DNA of 64,000 bases from an uncultured virus (IMG/VR IMGVR_UViG_3300035162_003174) (taxonomy: Duplodnaviria > Heunggongvirae > Uroviricota > Caudoviricetes), in IMG/VR virus record IMGVR_UViG_3300035162_003174; one strand, 5' to 3'. The number at the start of each line of letters is the position of its first letter. Positions within the stretch are counted from its first letter, which is position 1. The translations under genes and the position numbers were made by a program. Positions 11,001 through 20,166 of the stretch are shown piece after piece. Below the pieces are notes generated by a model. That model was given only the letters and a program-made list of their open reading frames with translations, did not search any database and had not been told where the DNA came from.

Positions 11001-14000
11001 AATTGTCCGGAATTAAAGTTACCACATGTTGTTCCTGACACACCTATTATTTGAGCGGTAAAACATCCAGCAACAGTTACATTTATAGTGACATCTTGAT
11101 TTGAACCACCAGAACTATCTGATAATATAAACACATAATTACCTTCATCTACACCATTAAATGTAAAGGGTCCGTTACCCGTTTGAGGAAGTAATAGAAG
11201 ACCTGATAATGAAGTTGTTGATGTATTTGTTATAGTATAAGGTTTAGTACCGTATAATGGTGAAATAATTATAATTCCACTACCACTAACACATGTACCT
11301 GTAACATCAAAAGTATAGTCTAATGGCCCTTCGTCACACCCCTGTACACACGCATCAGTAGTTATTCGAACTTCCGAGTAACTCACTGAAGTATCAACAC
11401 AGACATTTAATCCAACTTGACTACCTTGTTGTATAACACCACAACAATCAGTATACGTATAAAATCCAGTAGTTACACCTGAAAAACATCCCGTAGTTTC
11501 ACATTCATTACAACTCGTAAAGGGACCTATTTGATTAGAGGCATTACTAAGTGGTTGAGAGGTATTAATATTAACCTCTTCAACCGTATAACAATCACCT
11601 GATAGATTATAAACTTCATTTGTATTTCTTCCACCGGTAGGGACATAAATGATGTTTAATGGTGTTTGTATATTAAGTAAGAAACTATCTAAAGATGGTG
11701 TTACAACTCCCACCGTGAAATTACTAACTGTAGGGTCACTTAATATACCAAAGTTTTTAAGTCCCGAACCATTTTTGTATTGGGCGGGTAGATTTTGATA
11801 CGCGGTTGTTCCAGTAAGGCCAGAATAAACATTAGTTGTGGTTAACGCACTAAAATTTAAAAGCTGTGGTCCGACCTGAAGTATATTATCACCGTAAGTT
11901 GATAAGAAAGTCGAAGCGTCAATAGTTTCACCCTGAGATGCCGCAACTGAATGGAAAGCAAATGCCGGTTCCCCCCCATTATCAGTAGTAACTACAGGAT
12001 AAACCAAACCGTTTATAGTTCCACCACTTTGTCTTATTTCGTCCCAAACTTGTAAATATGACTCATAATCATACTGAAATCTATCTGTATATTGTGTTAC
12101 TAAATCACTACTCCAATATGTACCCCTTAAATTAAATGGTAACAGATAAATTTGTTCGGCTTTATCGTACTCACCAGTATAAAGACCAACATAACTGTCG
12201 GACTCATCTATAATAAAAATTGATATGTAATTACTTTCTTGACCTGAAAACGTACCTGGACCACTATTCGAGGAACCATCTAAATCGTTATGACTAAATG
12301 GTACACCATTAGTTCTACTATCGTTAATACCATAGGAACCTGTTAACATATACCCCCTATTAATTCTTCGGTAAATATCCCCAGTCGTCAATTCATCGTT
12401 AAATACTGATGGTTTAGGTACACACAGACTAGTGTTACCACTCCAACACCACTGACTATTATAAATTGAATTAGTTACTGGTCCACTAAACTCATTAATT
12501 TGAGTTCCATTAACCGTACCCCCACTTAATGAACCTAAATACGGATAAGATGCCCACCACATCCAATTCTCACCATTGTTTGAATTTTCACCAATAACTC
12601 CCTCATATAAATTATTCGCACTTAACTCTCCGTTATTTACTTTCGTGTTATACCAAGTACGTATAGAATCCGAAGCATCTTGAGCTTGTGTCGCATCTAA
12701 TGATGTTGCATCGTAAAAAACAAAAACTTTTTGACTTTCGCTTATTACCTCACAACTATTTAATTTATCGGCTAATGCTGGAGCTCCCGCTGAACTAGGA
12801 GCTGGTGTTGCCGTTATCGTAGGAGTTAAAGTTGGCGTAATCGTTGGTGTTAGAGTAGGTGTAATCGTTGGTGTTAGAGTAGGTGTAACGGTATTAGTTA
12901 TCGTTACTGTTGGTGTTGGGGTAACAGTCATTGTTGGCGTTGGTGTCGGAGTAGATGCCGAAAGACATAACGAGTCTGAGCAAGTCGCAATACCATCAGT
13001 AGAGGTAGCTGAAGCATATATATTAGTCAGGTCAGTATATGTTACCGCAGATGAGATATAACTATAACAACCATCAGGTATTGTTATAAAATTTTCAAGT
13101 AAGTAAAGATTAAATAAAACGGGAGGTGTTACCAACAACGCATCATAATCAATACTATTAACACGAAAAACTTCACTAGTGTTACATCCGGAAAAGTAAT
13201 AATGTAATACTGATGGATTAGTGTTACCGGTACAGTCATCGCAAGTGTCAAAAATTAAAGTTAGGTCTTCATTAGTTGACTCAGAAACCAAAATTTGAGT
13301 TATTGGACCACTATCACCTCCATAACACGATGGTTTTTGTAACTTTACAAAGTTACCATCAACAGGAATACTAGTTGCGTGTATCCCTAAGGGACTACCC
13401 CAACTTATTGTGTCAGCACTAAATTTAGTTAAACTAACTGAATTACCTTCACAAGTAGTATCCGCACTATACTTATAAACGTTTAAATTAGAATTACTTG
13501 TTTCACAGTCAACACAATCAGTATACCACGAATCAACAATCACCGGATAATTTGTGACACTACCACTGTACGGTGATTGAGCACTATTAACTCTTAAACA
13601 AGGTCCTCCCCATATCGATGAGTACGACTCACCCCTATCATGCATATCCCCAGGATATTTAATGACCAGTGTATTCGAGGTAAACACATTACCATAACAA
13701 TCATCAGAAGCCGTAACCCATCCATCATACAACCCATTAAAATAGTTTCTAGCTGATGTTGCAGTATATGGTATTAAAGTAGATACCGCCGGACTAATAT
13801 CTGAAGTAACAGACGTTGCAGTATCAAAATCGTAGTTAACAACACCTTGATTAGTTATATGGTTATAATCCTCTAAACTAAGTAAATAAATGGGGTCATA
13901 TCGATTAGTATCTGAACCTATTACCAATAATTGGTTATTGAATGTATTTGCACTATAGAATGAGGTATAGTATCTAGGAGAGTAAACGGTCGTTCCTGTA

Positions 14001-14344
14001 CCCGTTTCAATTTCTATATAATTTTGAGCAAAAAACGTAGTATTAATATCGAAAGTGTTACCAACCCAAACTGTCCTACCCGCAGTTAAATCTAATACCC
14101 ATAATTCACCAGATAGTATTTCGGTATCAAAAGATATTGGTGATGAACCTAAAGGGACAACTGTCCATATACGTGACCTAAATTTCCATGTTGAGTTTGA
14201 AAATAAACCTAAAAGACTTAAAGTACTGGCCAGAGTATTCCCCGCAGGAACTATAGTGTCATCCCACCTTAATGTGATTGTATCTCCGGTTATTGGAGAA
14301 GAGACCGATGAGGCCTGTTGTAATTGAAAATACTGAAACGCCAT
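8093..14344 (-). CDS. Giant adhesin-like virion protein (SprB-like repeats, two vWA-like domains, PT linkers)
   Basis: 2083 aa with ~8 repeats of the type GGTPPYTYLWS...VTDSLGC and MIDAS-like motifs FYDATS and FFDDSGSM. The N-terminal region is CxxC-rich, with three PTPTPT linkers. Confidence 0.65.
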   Translation of the reverse strand: MAFQYFQLQQASSVSSPITGDTITLRWDDTIVPAGNTLASTLSLLGLFSNSTWKFRSRIWTVVPLGSSPISFDTEILSGELWVLDLTAGRTVWVGNTFDINTTFFAQNYIEIETGTGTTVYSPRYYTSFYSANTFNNQLLVIGSDTNRYDPIYLLSLEDYNHITNQGVVNYDFDTATSVTSDISPAVSTLIPYTATSARNYFNGLYDGWVTASDDCYGNVFTSNTLVIKYPGDMHDRGESYSSIWGGPCLRVNSAQSPYSGSVTNYPVIVDSWYTDCVDCETSNSNLNVYKYSADTTCEGNSVSLTKFSADTISWGSPLGIHATSIPVDGNFVKLQKPSCYGGDSGPITQILVSESTNEDLTLIFDTCDDCTGNTNPSVLHYYFSGCNTSEVFRVNSIDYDALLVTPPVLFNLYLLENFITIPDGCYSYISSAVTYTDLTNIYASATSTDGIATCSDSLCLSASTPTPTPTMTVTPTPTVTITNTVTPTLTPTITPTLTPTITPTLTPTITATPAPSSAGAPALADKLNSCEVISESQKVFVFYDATSLDATQAQDASDSIRTWYNTKVNNGELSANNLYEGVIGENSNNGENWMWWASYPYLGSLSGGTVNGTQINEFSGPVTNSIYNSQWCWSGNTSLCVPKPSVFNDELTTGDIYRRINRGYMLTGSYGINDSRTNGVPFSHNDLDGSSNSGPGTFSGQESNYISIFIIDESDSYVGLYTGEYDKAEQIYLLPFNLRGTYWSSDLVTQYTDRFQYDYESYLQVWDEIRQSGGTINGLVYPVVTTDNGGEPAFAFHSVAASQGETIDASTFLSTYGDNILQVGPQLLNFSALTTTNVYSGLTGTTAYQNLPAQYKNGSGLKNFGILSDPTVSNFTVGVVTPSLDSFLLNIQTPLNIIYVPTGGRNTNEVYNLSGDCYTVEEVNINTSQPLSNASNQIGPFTSCNECETTGCFSGVTTGFYTYTDCCGVIQQGSQVGLNVCVDTSVSYSEVRITTDACVQGCDEGPLDYTFDVTGTCVSGSGIIIISPLYGTKPYTITNTSTTSLSGLLLLPQTGNGPFTFNGVDEGNYVFILSDSSGGSNQDVTINVTVAGCFTAQIIGVSGTTCGNFNSGQLTVTSNSLSSPYQYDLYNNAGITQSNNSLLPNQSFIGLIPGTYYAIVTDFGGATAQTNNAVIVNTSVISYNVVVVDDSPCGVGVGSATVTDITGGTPPYTYLWSNNQTGVTTTGLGQGNWSVNVTDSLGCVVSDSFNVGLASPLGVVSTIPTQADCFICDGQVNITISGGSAPYIFQNSSGPVVTTNNLSQVFTGLCGGFNSTIITDAGGCSITSIQNITSTAGFNIVSVNTTNSDCNNDGDISIQISAPQGIFTYSVTDSNGSVQSISTSSQSHTFNNLPSDTYTVTISTQNGSCTYTTQETITNNPKFTVGTTIVSGTCGNNGEINVTLTAGSLPLQLPFDYTLTNINTSAVVYSVIDVNLTTLQISNLVPSTYLLEVTDRLNCTVSETITIGASTGMDFAIMTTNCVTGNDGTATISIFQGLAPFIIQWDNGETTMSISGLSGGTYSATIIDANGCVDTDSVTINCNSQNVECYELNEICENDFITTSAGIRDFETMLNEGFNDLTSGHTDCTLNSAVFYAIVDFSGGVITPPIHIEYPFYTGTTLSEYPSAQQWMDAVNTILLLIPQIESFTLDINNNQITIISDCEELKGVYFRLSTKIIYDITCIDIPTPTPTPTNTLTPTPTPTQAVVVIDDETEINIFFDDSGSMSGTETPLNTMATTILKTCLLPFYNNDSALYDSRVRVLEMAADVGLFERGYACLATTGTTSSITKVINLSFQDEASPYGGAGGWNNLTPRTSTFNTDITTLRSNIDNNPTNYILGEYFQVQTSTSGIFANFKELLQSVEGGLGQYTVPFGLSDKTEIHNTYDVTPSSTPQYYMDLIITAINNLGYNVPPCGPSPTPTPTPTPTPAASTLTIQTNAQDCSFGSITITNGSSTIFNYSRVSGTGTYANTQNIPLQIGDVISINGASQIPAGSGCVQYPTTNLTVTVNGVIQINVDNASGNHQFTVATTNPNILIGYTVS

Positions 14345-17307
14345 TAACTACAATTAATTTCTATGTTTACTCCAACATTAACTGTTAAAGTTTTATTGGT
14401 AAAATCATCATTACACCCAGTATTACTGACTGTTAAAATATTATTACTATCTATACTATAATTTAAACCACTTTGATATAAATACTGTAACTTACTATTC
14501 AATGCATTAATCCATTCAATAAATGTTGGGTAATCTTGCATTCCATAACCTATATAGAAAATTTCTTGGACTAAAATGGTCGAATCTAACCTTACATCTA
14601 CATACCACGTACTCGTCAATGAAGATTGAATACAATCATTAACTGTGTATCCTGACTTCGCAACACATTGATTAACACTATTAGTTAGTAATGTCGGCAT
14701 CGAAGAGATATTAACATCACATGTTAGTGTTTGGTCAATGCAGTCATCCCTAAATAATTGACCATAATATATACAGGGGATACAATCGATAGGTATTATC
14801 TCACAACCTCTTTGCCTTCTCCATACATGTTTTTGTCTTTGTAGGACATTATTAACCATTTTTTGACCACCCATCCATATCGTAGACGCCGGAATCATTT
14901 GTTCAATTAGTTTCGTCCAATAATCCCCAATACCTAAAGTAAAATCAATCATTTTTTGATACGTATATTGATTAGACGGTATGTTAACTGCGGAGTCTGA
15001 TTGTAAATATTTCCAATATATTGATTGTAATGTCGGATAACTATTAACTGCACCATCACTAATTGTCTGCCTATTTCTTACATTAATTAATGTATTATAA
15101 AAAGTCTGAGCAAACTCAAAAAATGTCTTTTCTTTAGGAAGTGGATTAATTACTGTCCAATCCTGACCACCAGGTGACGGATAAGGTGACGTTAAACCTG
15201 AAGAAGGAAAAGGATAATCATATCTTCTCGACATTCTCCATATATCGTAGGTTATACCTTGAGCCATATTTAAATATATTTCTACATTTTTGGCGTTAAG
15301 CACTAATTTTTCATCAAAAACCTCATAATACGCGTTATACGCTCCGTCTCGGTTTCTTCTTATACCCGTTTCCGTATCATCCCAAGACTTATTATTATCG
15401 ATAGTTCTAGTTAAACCAAAACCAACATCCATAAATGGAAATTTCCTGAACCTATCAAAATATTTTTGACCATAAGTGAAAGTCTCTAAAGATGTTTGAA
15501 TACTAGGATTCGCCCCTGTAAATGTTGAATTAGTAATATCAAGTTTTTCTACGGCTCTATGGTCCGGAGTCTCGATATACCATCCCGCTCCTTTTTCAAA
15601 AAAGTATTCGTTGTTTGTAATTGCTCTTTTTGGGTAACCATACTCATTCATAGGGTAATCACCTCTAACCGTGTTAGTTTGTGTGACATATTTAGACGTT
15701 GTAAATCCAGTGTACGTCACCCCTTGGATATTATAAACAACCGCAGGGTCTAATGAGGGAACATCGTCAACTTTAGTACCTCCAGAAAACTTTAAGAATT
15801 CACCCTCAAACCTTTTAACATTTATCGGCCCATCGGCAACATAAACAATCTCATTAAATTCAATCAAATCTTTAGGTGCTCCCACCATTCTCAGAATAGC
15901 CTCAATTGAATGTCGGGTACCCTTAGATTTAAAGAGGTAAGCGGAATTTAATATTAAATTCCTGTAGAATTGGTAGTTTAACTGATTTGGTGTTGGGTTA
16001 TTTTGAAATCCAGAATATAACGATTTACCCTCAGAACCAAATATTGCAGTTAAAAAATTTTCATTAGTAATTGGAGATATGTCGGTATTCCAACCTAAAG
16101 TTTGTGCTAAATTTTGTAATAATTCAGATGGTATATCGTTTTGCGGAGTATAGTGTACCGAATTCATAAAAGATAACGCATCTATGAATTTTTTAGATTC
16201 ATCAAAACTTCTACCGTAAATCTGTAAGACTTTTTCTACTTTTTTATCTCCAGTATCGAAATCTTTAAATGCCCCGGTAGTTAAAAATCTAACAATTAAA
16301 TCTGTTTTGTATCTATCAATGAGTTCACCAATCTGACTAACCTGTGTAAGATAGTTATCAAACCTTACTGTTAATATATCTAAATTCCATACCCCAAATT
16401 TAGGCCATGTAACTTTTTTCTTACTTTTAACGAACTGACCGTTATCGTTTTCCTCAACTAAATCAAAAGTTGCGGTATATGGAGGATTACTAAATCTATT
16501 AAGTAGAAAATCTTCAACCTCATCAAAATACTCTTGAAATGCAAATTCAGTTTGGAAAGTATTTGGTCTTAAAATTAGTGTATCAGTAGTAGCTGTTAGA
16601 CCACTAAATGGGTTGCCTAATACGCTTACAGTAACCGTACCCGCAGATACATTTTGTGACGCTATAAAATTAACAAACTGATATTCTGTTTCCATATCAT
16701 TAACGTATAACGCATATTTGTTATAGTTAGTGGTCATATCTCTTAAAGGACTTGTTGGGTACGCTCTAACAGAAACATTACGTGCAGCATTCACCGAGTA
16801 GTCAATATCAAAAGGGTTATCGAATCTTGTAACGTCCATCGTAAATGTTGTTACTTGTTCAATACTATCGAACGATATATTATTAGCGGTATTAGCACTT
16901 GAATACGTTGGTAGTGACAATCTATTAACTTGTATCGACGCAGGAAAGAAATTAATTATCTTTGTGATTGAAGCTGAAAGTCTTTTTTGTAATGAACCGT
17001 AAAGAGCGTAATTAGTAACTTGACTAATGTCGTAATTTGGGTAAACCCTATAATTCTTTATCGCTATCGCTTTCGACTCTTCAATACTCGTAACATCCAA
17101 ATCTGTTAATGAAATAGGACTACTAAAAACACCAGTTTCAAATGTTCTATTAACTTTTTCAACAATAGATGTAGAAAACTCAAAATTACCCTGAGTTAAC
17201 CCACCACCCGCAACTACTTGAAGACCTACCAAATCTGGTGAAAATGATTCGTCCGCACTTGGTGGTGCCGGTGGATAGAAATACTTATTATTGTTGTTAT
17301 TTGCCAT
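14344..17307 (-). CDS. Baseplate wedge-type protein (P2 gpI / T4 gp7-like core)
   Basis: 987 aa. The DIPSELLQNLAQTLGW and YLFKSKGTRHSIEAIL motifs are typical of this family, and the gene lies in the baseplate cluster. Confidence 0.55.
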   Translation of the reverse strand: MANNNNNKYFYPPAPPSADESFSPDLVGLQVVAGGGLTQGNFEFSTSIVEKVNRTFETGVFSSPISLTDLDVTSIEESKAIAIKNYRVYPNYDISQVTNYALYGSLQKRLSASITKIINFFPASIQVNRLSLPTYSSANTANNISFDSIEQVTTFTMDVTRFDNPFDIDYSVNAARNVSVRAYPTSPLRDMTTNYNKYALYVNDMETEYQFVNFIASQNVSAGTVTVSVLGNPFSGLTATTDTLILRPNTFQTEFAFQEYFDEVEDFLLNRFSNPPYTATFDLVEENDNGQFVKSKKKVTWPKFGVWNLDILTVRFDNYLTQVSQIGELIDRYKTDLIVRFLTTGAFKDFDTGDKKVEKVLQIYGRSFDESKKFIDALSFMNSVHYTPQNDIPSELLQNLAQTLGWNTDISPITNENFLTAIFGSEGKSLYSGFQNNPTPNQLNYQFYRNLILNSAYLFKSKGTRHSIEAILRMVGAPKDLIEFNEIVYVADGPINVKRFEGEFLKFSGGTKVDDVPSLDPAVVYNIQGVTYTGFTTSKYVTQTNTVRGDYPMNEYGYPKRAITNNEYFFEKGAGWYIETPDHRAVEKLDITNSTFTGANPSIQTSLETFTYGQKYFDRFRKFPFMDVGFGLTRTIDNNKSWDDTETGIRRNRDGAYNAYYEVFDEKLVLNAKNVEIYLNMAQGITYDIWRMSRRYDYPFPSSGLTSPYPSPGGQDWTVINPLPKEKTFFEFAQTFYNTLINVRNRQTISDGAVNSYPTLQSIYWKYLQSDSAVNIPSNQYTYQKMIDFTLGIGDYWTKLIEQMIPASTIWMGGQKMVNNVLQRQKHVWRRQRGCEIIPIDCIPCIYYGQLFRDDCIDQTLTCDVNISSMPTLLTNSVNQCVAKSGYTVNDCIQSSLTSTWYVDVRLDSTILVQEIFYIGYGMQDYPTFIEWINALNSKLQYLYQSGLNYSIDSNNILTVSNTGCNDDFTNKTLTVNVGVNIEINCS

Positions 17308-17309
17308 AC

Positions 17310-18218
17310 TTAGTTAATTATATTGTTGAAATTCTTACTAAAATCAATATTATCGTCCCTATCTTGTCGAACCTCATATAGTAAATCATTAAACTCATCT
17401 CTAATCTCAAATAAGTTATATTGTTTGTAAATATTAAGACTACTATCATACATTGTGTATATCCCGTCTTCCATACTCTTAGTCTGATTACCATAAAGCG
17501 CAATAGCTAATGTATCTATATCGTGTTCCGCCAATTCCACGTCAACACTTATTGGATTAAAAAAAGTATTAGTCATCACAATATTCTGATTAGGTTGACC
17601 AATGAATGGTGTCGCGTTAGCTTTATTAGATGGTGCACTTGAAGGTGATACGGTACAGAAGATTAAATCACTTCCTCCGTCAACATATCTATAACGAATC
17701 GCTTTCTGCGAACTATTACTTAAATTAGTTACTACCGGCTCACAGTAAAATGCCGATGTAACGACCCTATAAAAGTTCGGTATTTTAGTGCCGTCACTAT
17801 TTAAATATTCAATACGATACCCGATTAGTCCTTGATTTATGAATCTGTTTCTAAACTCTTGTGGTACACTATTTAAATCTATGATTATACCTTTTACGTT
17901 AGGTAATGATGATAACACACCACAATCAGTAATTGTTGTCCGTATCTCCACAGGTCTTATATATAATGTATATATACCAATTTTATTAAATTCTTCAGCT
18001 GGAAGTTTTAAATTATATAAACCACCTAATATTTCAACATCAGCATTACCACCGGTTGTTGAACTGTGGAAATAAGGTGTTAAAACATCTGCGGCGTTCA
18101 GTTTTGTTAAAACAAAATTTGTTGTAACGTCTCTTGATGGAGTATAATTTAAAATTATCTCTACATCTTCTGGAGACATGTCAGCTGGTCTTACTGTTCC
18201 GTATGTTCCTAATGCCAT
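17310..18218 (-). CDS. Hypothetical virion structural protein
   Basis: 302-aa ORF tightly packed in the baseplate/fibre operon. Confidence 0.55.
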   Translation of the reverse strand: MALGTYGTVRPADMSPEDVEIILNYTPSRDVTTNFVLTKLNAADVLTPYFHSSTTGGNADVEILGGLYNLKLPAEEFNKIGIYTLYIRPVEIRTTITDCGVLSSLPNVKGIIIDLNSVPQEFRNRFINQGLIGYRIEYLNSDGTKIPNFYRVVTSAFYCEPVVTNLSNSSQKAIRYRYVDGGSDLIFCTVSPSSAPSNKANATPFIGQPNQNIVMTNTFFNPISVDVELAEHDIDTLAIALYGNQTKSMEDGIYTMYDSSLNIYKQYNLFEIRDEFNDLLYEVRQDRDDNIDFSKNFNNIIN

Positions 18219-18223
18219 TTTAT

Positions 18224-19306
18224 TTACTCGTTATTATTGTTTATTCTATAGTAACCATACCCATAAGATACCATGTCACCTAAGTTATCTACCTCCCCAA
18301 GTCTTTGTAATGATTCAAACCCTGAAAGCTTACCTCTCTCAATAAATATTTCAGATTGTATTTCTGGCGAGTCAACTACGTTAATTAATACTTCTTGTTT
18401 CGTAATCGCTGATGCAACTAACTCATTACTTGTTAATCCTGAAGATTCGGCTATGTAAAATGTTGTACCGTCAAGGTAATCGTAGTACTGAACATTATTT
18501 ATTGTGTACGATGTATAACCACTAGTTATTTCATCTACCTTACCAAAAGGTTGACCTCCCTTAACTACTGTTGTTGTTACATCAAATTGAGTCGTACCGT
18601 ATAGTTTTAGTTCGGTTAATCTTGAAGAACTAAAACCACTTAATATAAATGGTACCGTTGTAAAATTATTAGATGTCTGACTTTGTACTGTGTTTGAACT
18701 ATCCCCCGTAAAAATATAGTTATAATTTATTGGTATTCCCGACCAACTTCCTCCCTGAGGTGTAAATGTAATATTACCGTAAGGATTATTAATTGTAACA
18801 CCTGTGGTTGGTACATATACCTTTTTTTCTACTATTGTCTGACCCCATGGATTATTTTGAGTTAAAGTAATAGTATAATTAGTCGGTATATTAGGGTATG
18901 TGTGGGATAGAAATTGTGGCGCGTTTGAAGTTAATGGTTCGCTATTACCATCACCCCAATTAACCATATAGTTTGCTAACTTTAAAAACCCTTTAAACTC
19001 ATCAGAAGTATTAAATAGTCTTATAGTATATTGATTTGTTGTGTCACCTGATGTTATGAAATTAGAAACTACATCCTGTTGTAAAGCAAAACCATCAAAA
19101 GGAGTATAAAACCCGTAATTTTCATAAGTTTGCCTAAACACTATCGGAACGGTCAACCCCGTTAATAAACTAGCTCCATTAGTTCCCCCACTTAATATTT
19201 GAGTCATACCAGTATAAACACCAAAAGTATTACCACTAAAGTATTCCGTTATTACATCACCTTTTATTGACTCAGGAGATATTTTTATATAATATTTTTC
19301 TTCCAT
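18224..19306 (-). CDS. Hypothetical virion protein with a PKD/Ig-like segment
   Basis: 360 aa. VNWGDG...HTY...YTITLT is a PKD-like signature. Confidence 0.5.
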   Translation of the reverse strand: MEEKYYIKISPESIKGDVITEYFSGNTFGVYTGMTQILSGGTNGASLLTGLTVPIVFRQTYENYGFYTPFDGFALQQDVVSNFITSGDTTNQYTIRLFNTSDEFKGFLKLANYMVNWGDGNSEPLTSNAPQFLSHTYPNIPTNYTITLTQNNPWGQTIVEKKVYVPTTGVTINNPYGNITFTPQGGSWSGIPINYNYIFTGDSSNTVQSQTSNNFTTVPFILSGFSSSRLTELKLYGTTQFDVTTTVVKGGQPFGKVDEITSGYTSYTINNVQYYDYLDGTTFYIAESSGLTSNELVASAITKQEVLINVVDSPEIQSEIFIERGKLSGFESLQRLGEVDNLGDMVSYGYGYYRINNNNE

Positions 19307-20166
19307 TATTGTGGATTAACATATTCGTACCATTTTATGCCATTTGTTAACTGACCAACTCGATTACCTAATCCGTACCCTTCAAATACCTCATATTCAT
19401 AATTACTAACGTCTAAGTCAACTTTATAATAAAAGTACTCAGACTTATTAAATTTAAATTTTTCTGACATACTAGACTGTGGTCTATTAGTCATTCTCAC
19501 AAATTGACCTAGTTTAGCATTAAAGAATTTCGCGGACATATAAAATGTGTTAACATCTATATATTCCCTACTTTTTAACCAATAAATAAAATAACCTTCC
19601 TTATCCCCAACATAATCTAAATTAAATGTTGGTAATCTTATCTCGACAGGTTTAGGTATACTTGGGCTCCCTATATCAACTTGTTGTTTTTCTCCTTGTT
19701 GAGTCGGTATTACTATTGTGAAATATAACCTTTGGTTTTCAGATTGATTAGAATCGTAAAAATCTAACTTGAAAAAACTCCTTTTAAACGAATTAACATA
19801 ATAATATAACTCTTTATTAGTGAATGTTATACCACTATATGTATTATAAACTGATGGGTCAACATAGTTGTAATTAGAAACCCATAAATTACTATTTCCT
19901 GGTACGGTATTACTAATATCTATTGACCGATTAAAAAATGAAAACTCATATGTTGTCCCATTCTTAGGCTCATTATTATTTGTTAACCACTCTTTATGTG
20001 AATACCTAGTGGTCTCAAAATCTTCAACTGGGTTAATAATTTCTTCAAGCACGTCATTCTCATACTGTTTAATTAAGTCTTCCCTACCAAAATTATCAAA
20101 GTTAATTTCAATAGGTAAATTAATCTGTGTGTCGTTATTATTAACGGTAAATCTAAATTTATTCAC
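19306..20166 (-). CDS. Hypothetical structural protein
   Basis: The ORF track gives 19306..20175. The GTG at 20166, overlapping the upstream gene end, is the more likely start. Confidence 0.5.
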   Translation of the reverse strand: MNKFRFTVNNNDTQINLPIEINFDNFGREDLIKQYENDVLEEIINPVEDFETTRYSHKEWLTNNNEPKNGTTYEFSFFNRSIDISNTVPGNSNLWVSNYNYVDPSVYNTYSGITFTNKELYYYVNSFKRSFFKLDFYDSNQSENQRLYFTIVIPTQQGEKQQVDIGSPSIPKPVEIRLPTFNLDYVGDKEGYFIYWLKSREYIDVNTFYMSAKFFNAKLGQFVRMTNRPQSSMSEKFKFNKSEYFYYKVDLDVSNYEYEVFEGYGLGNRVGQLTNGIKWYEYVNPQ

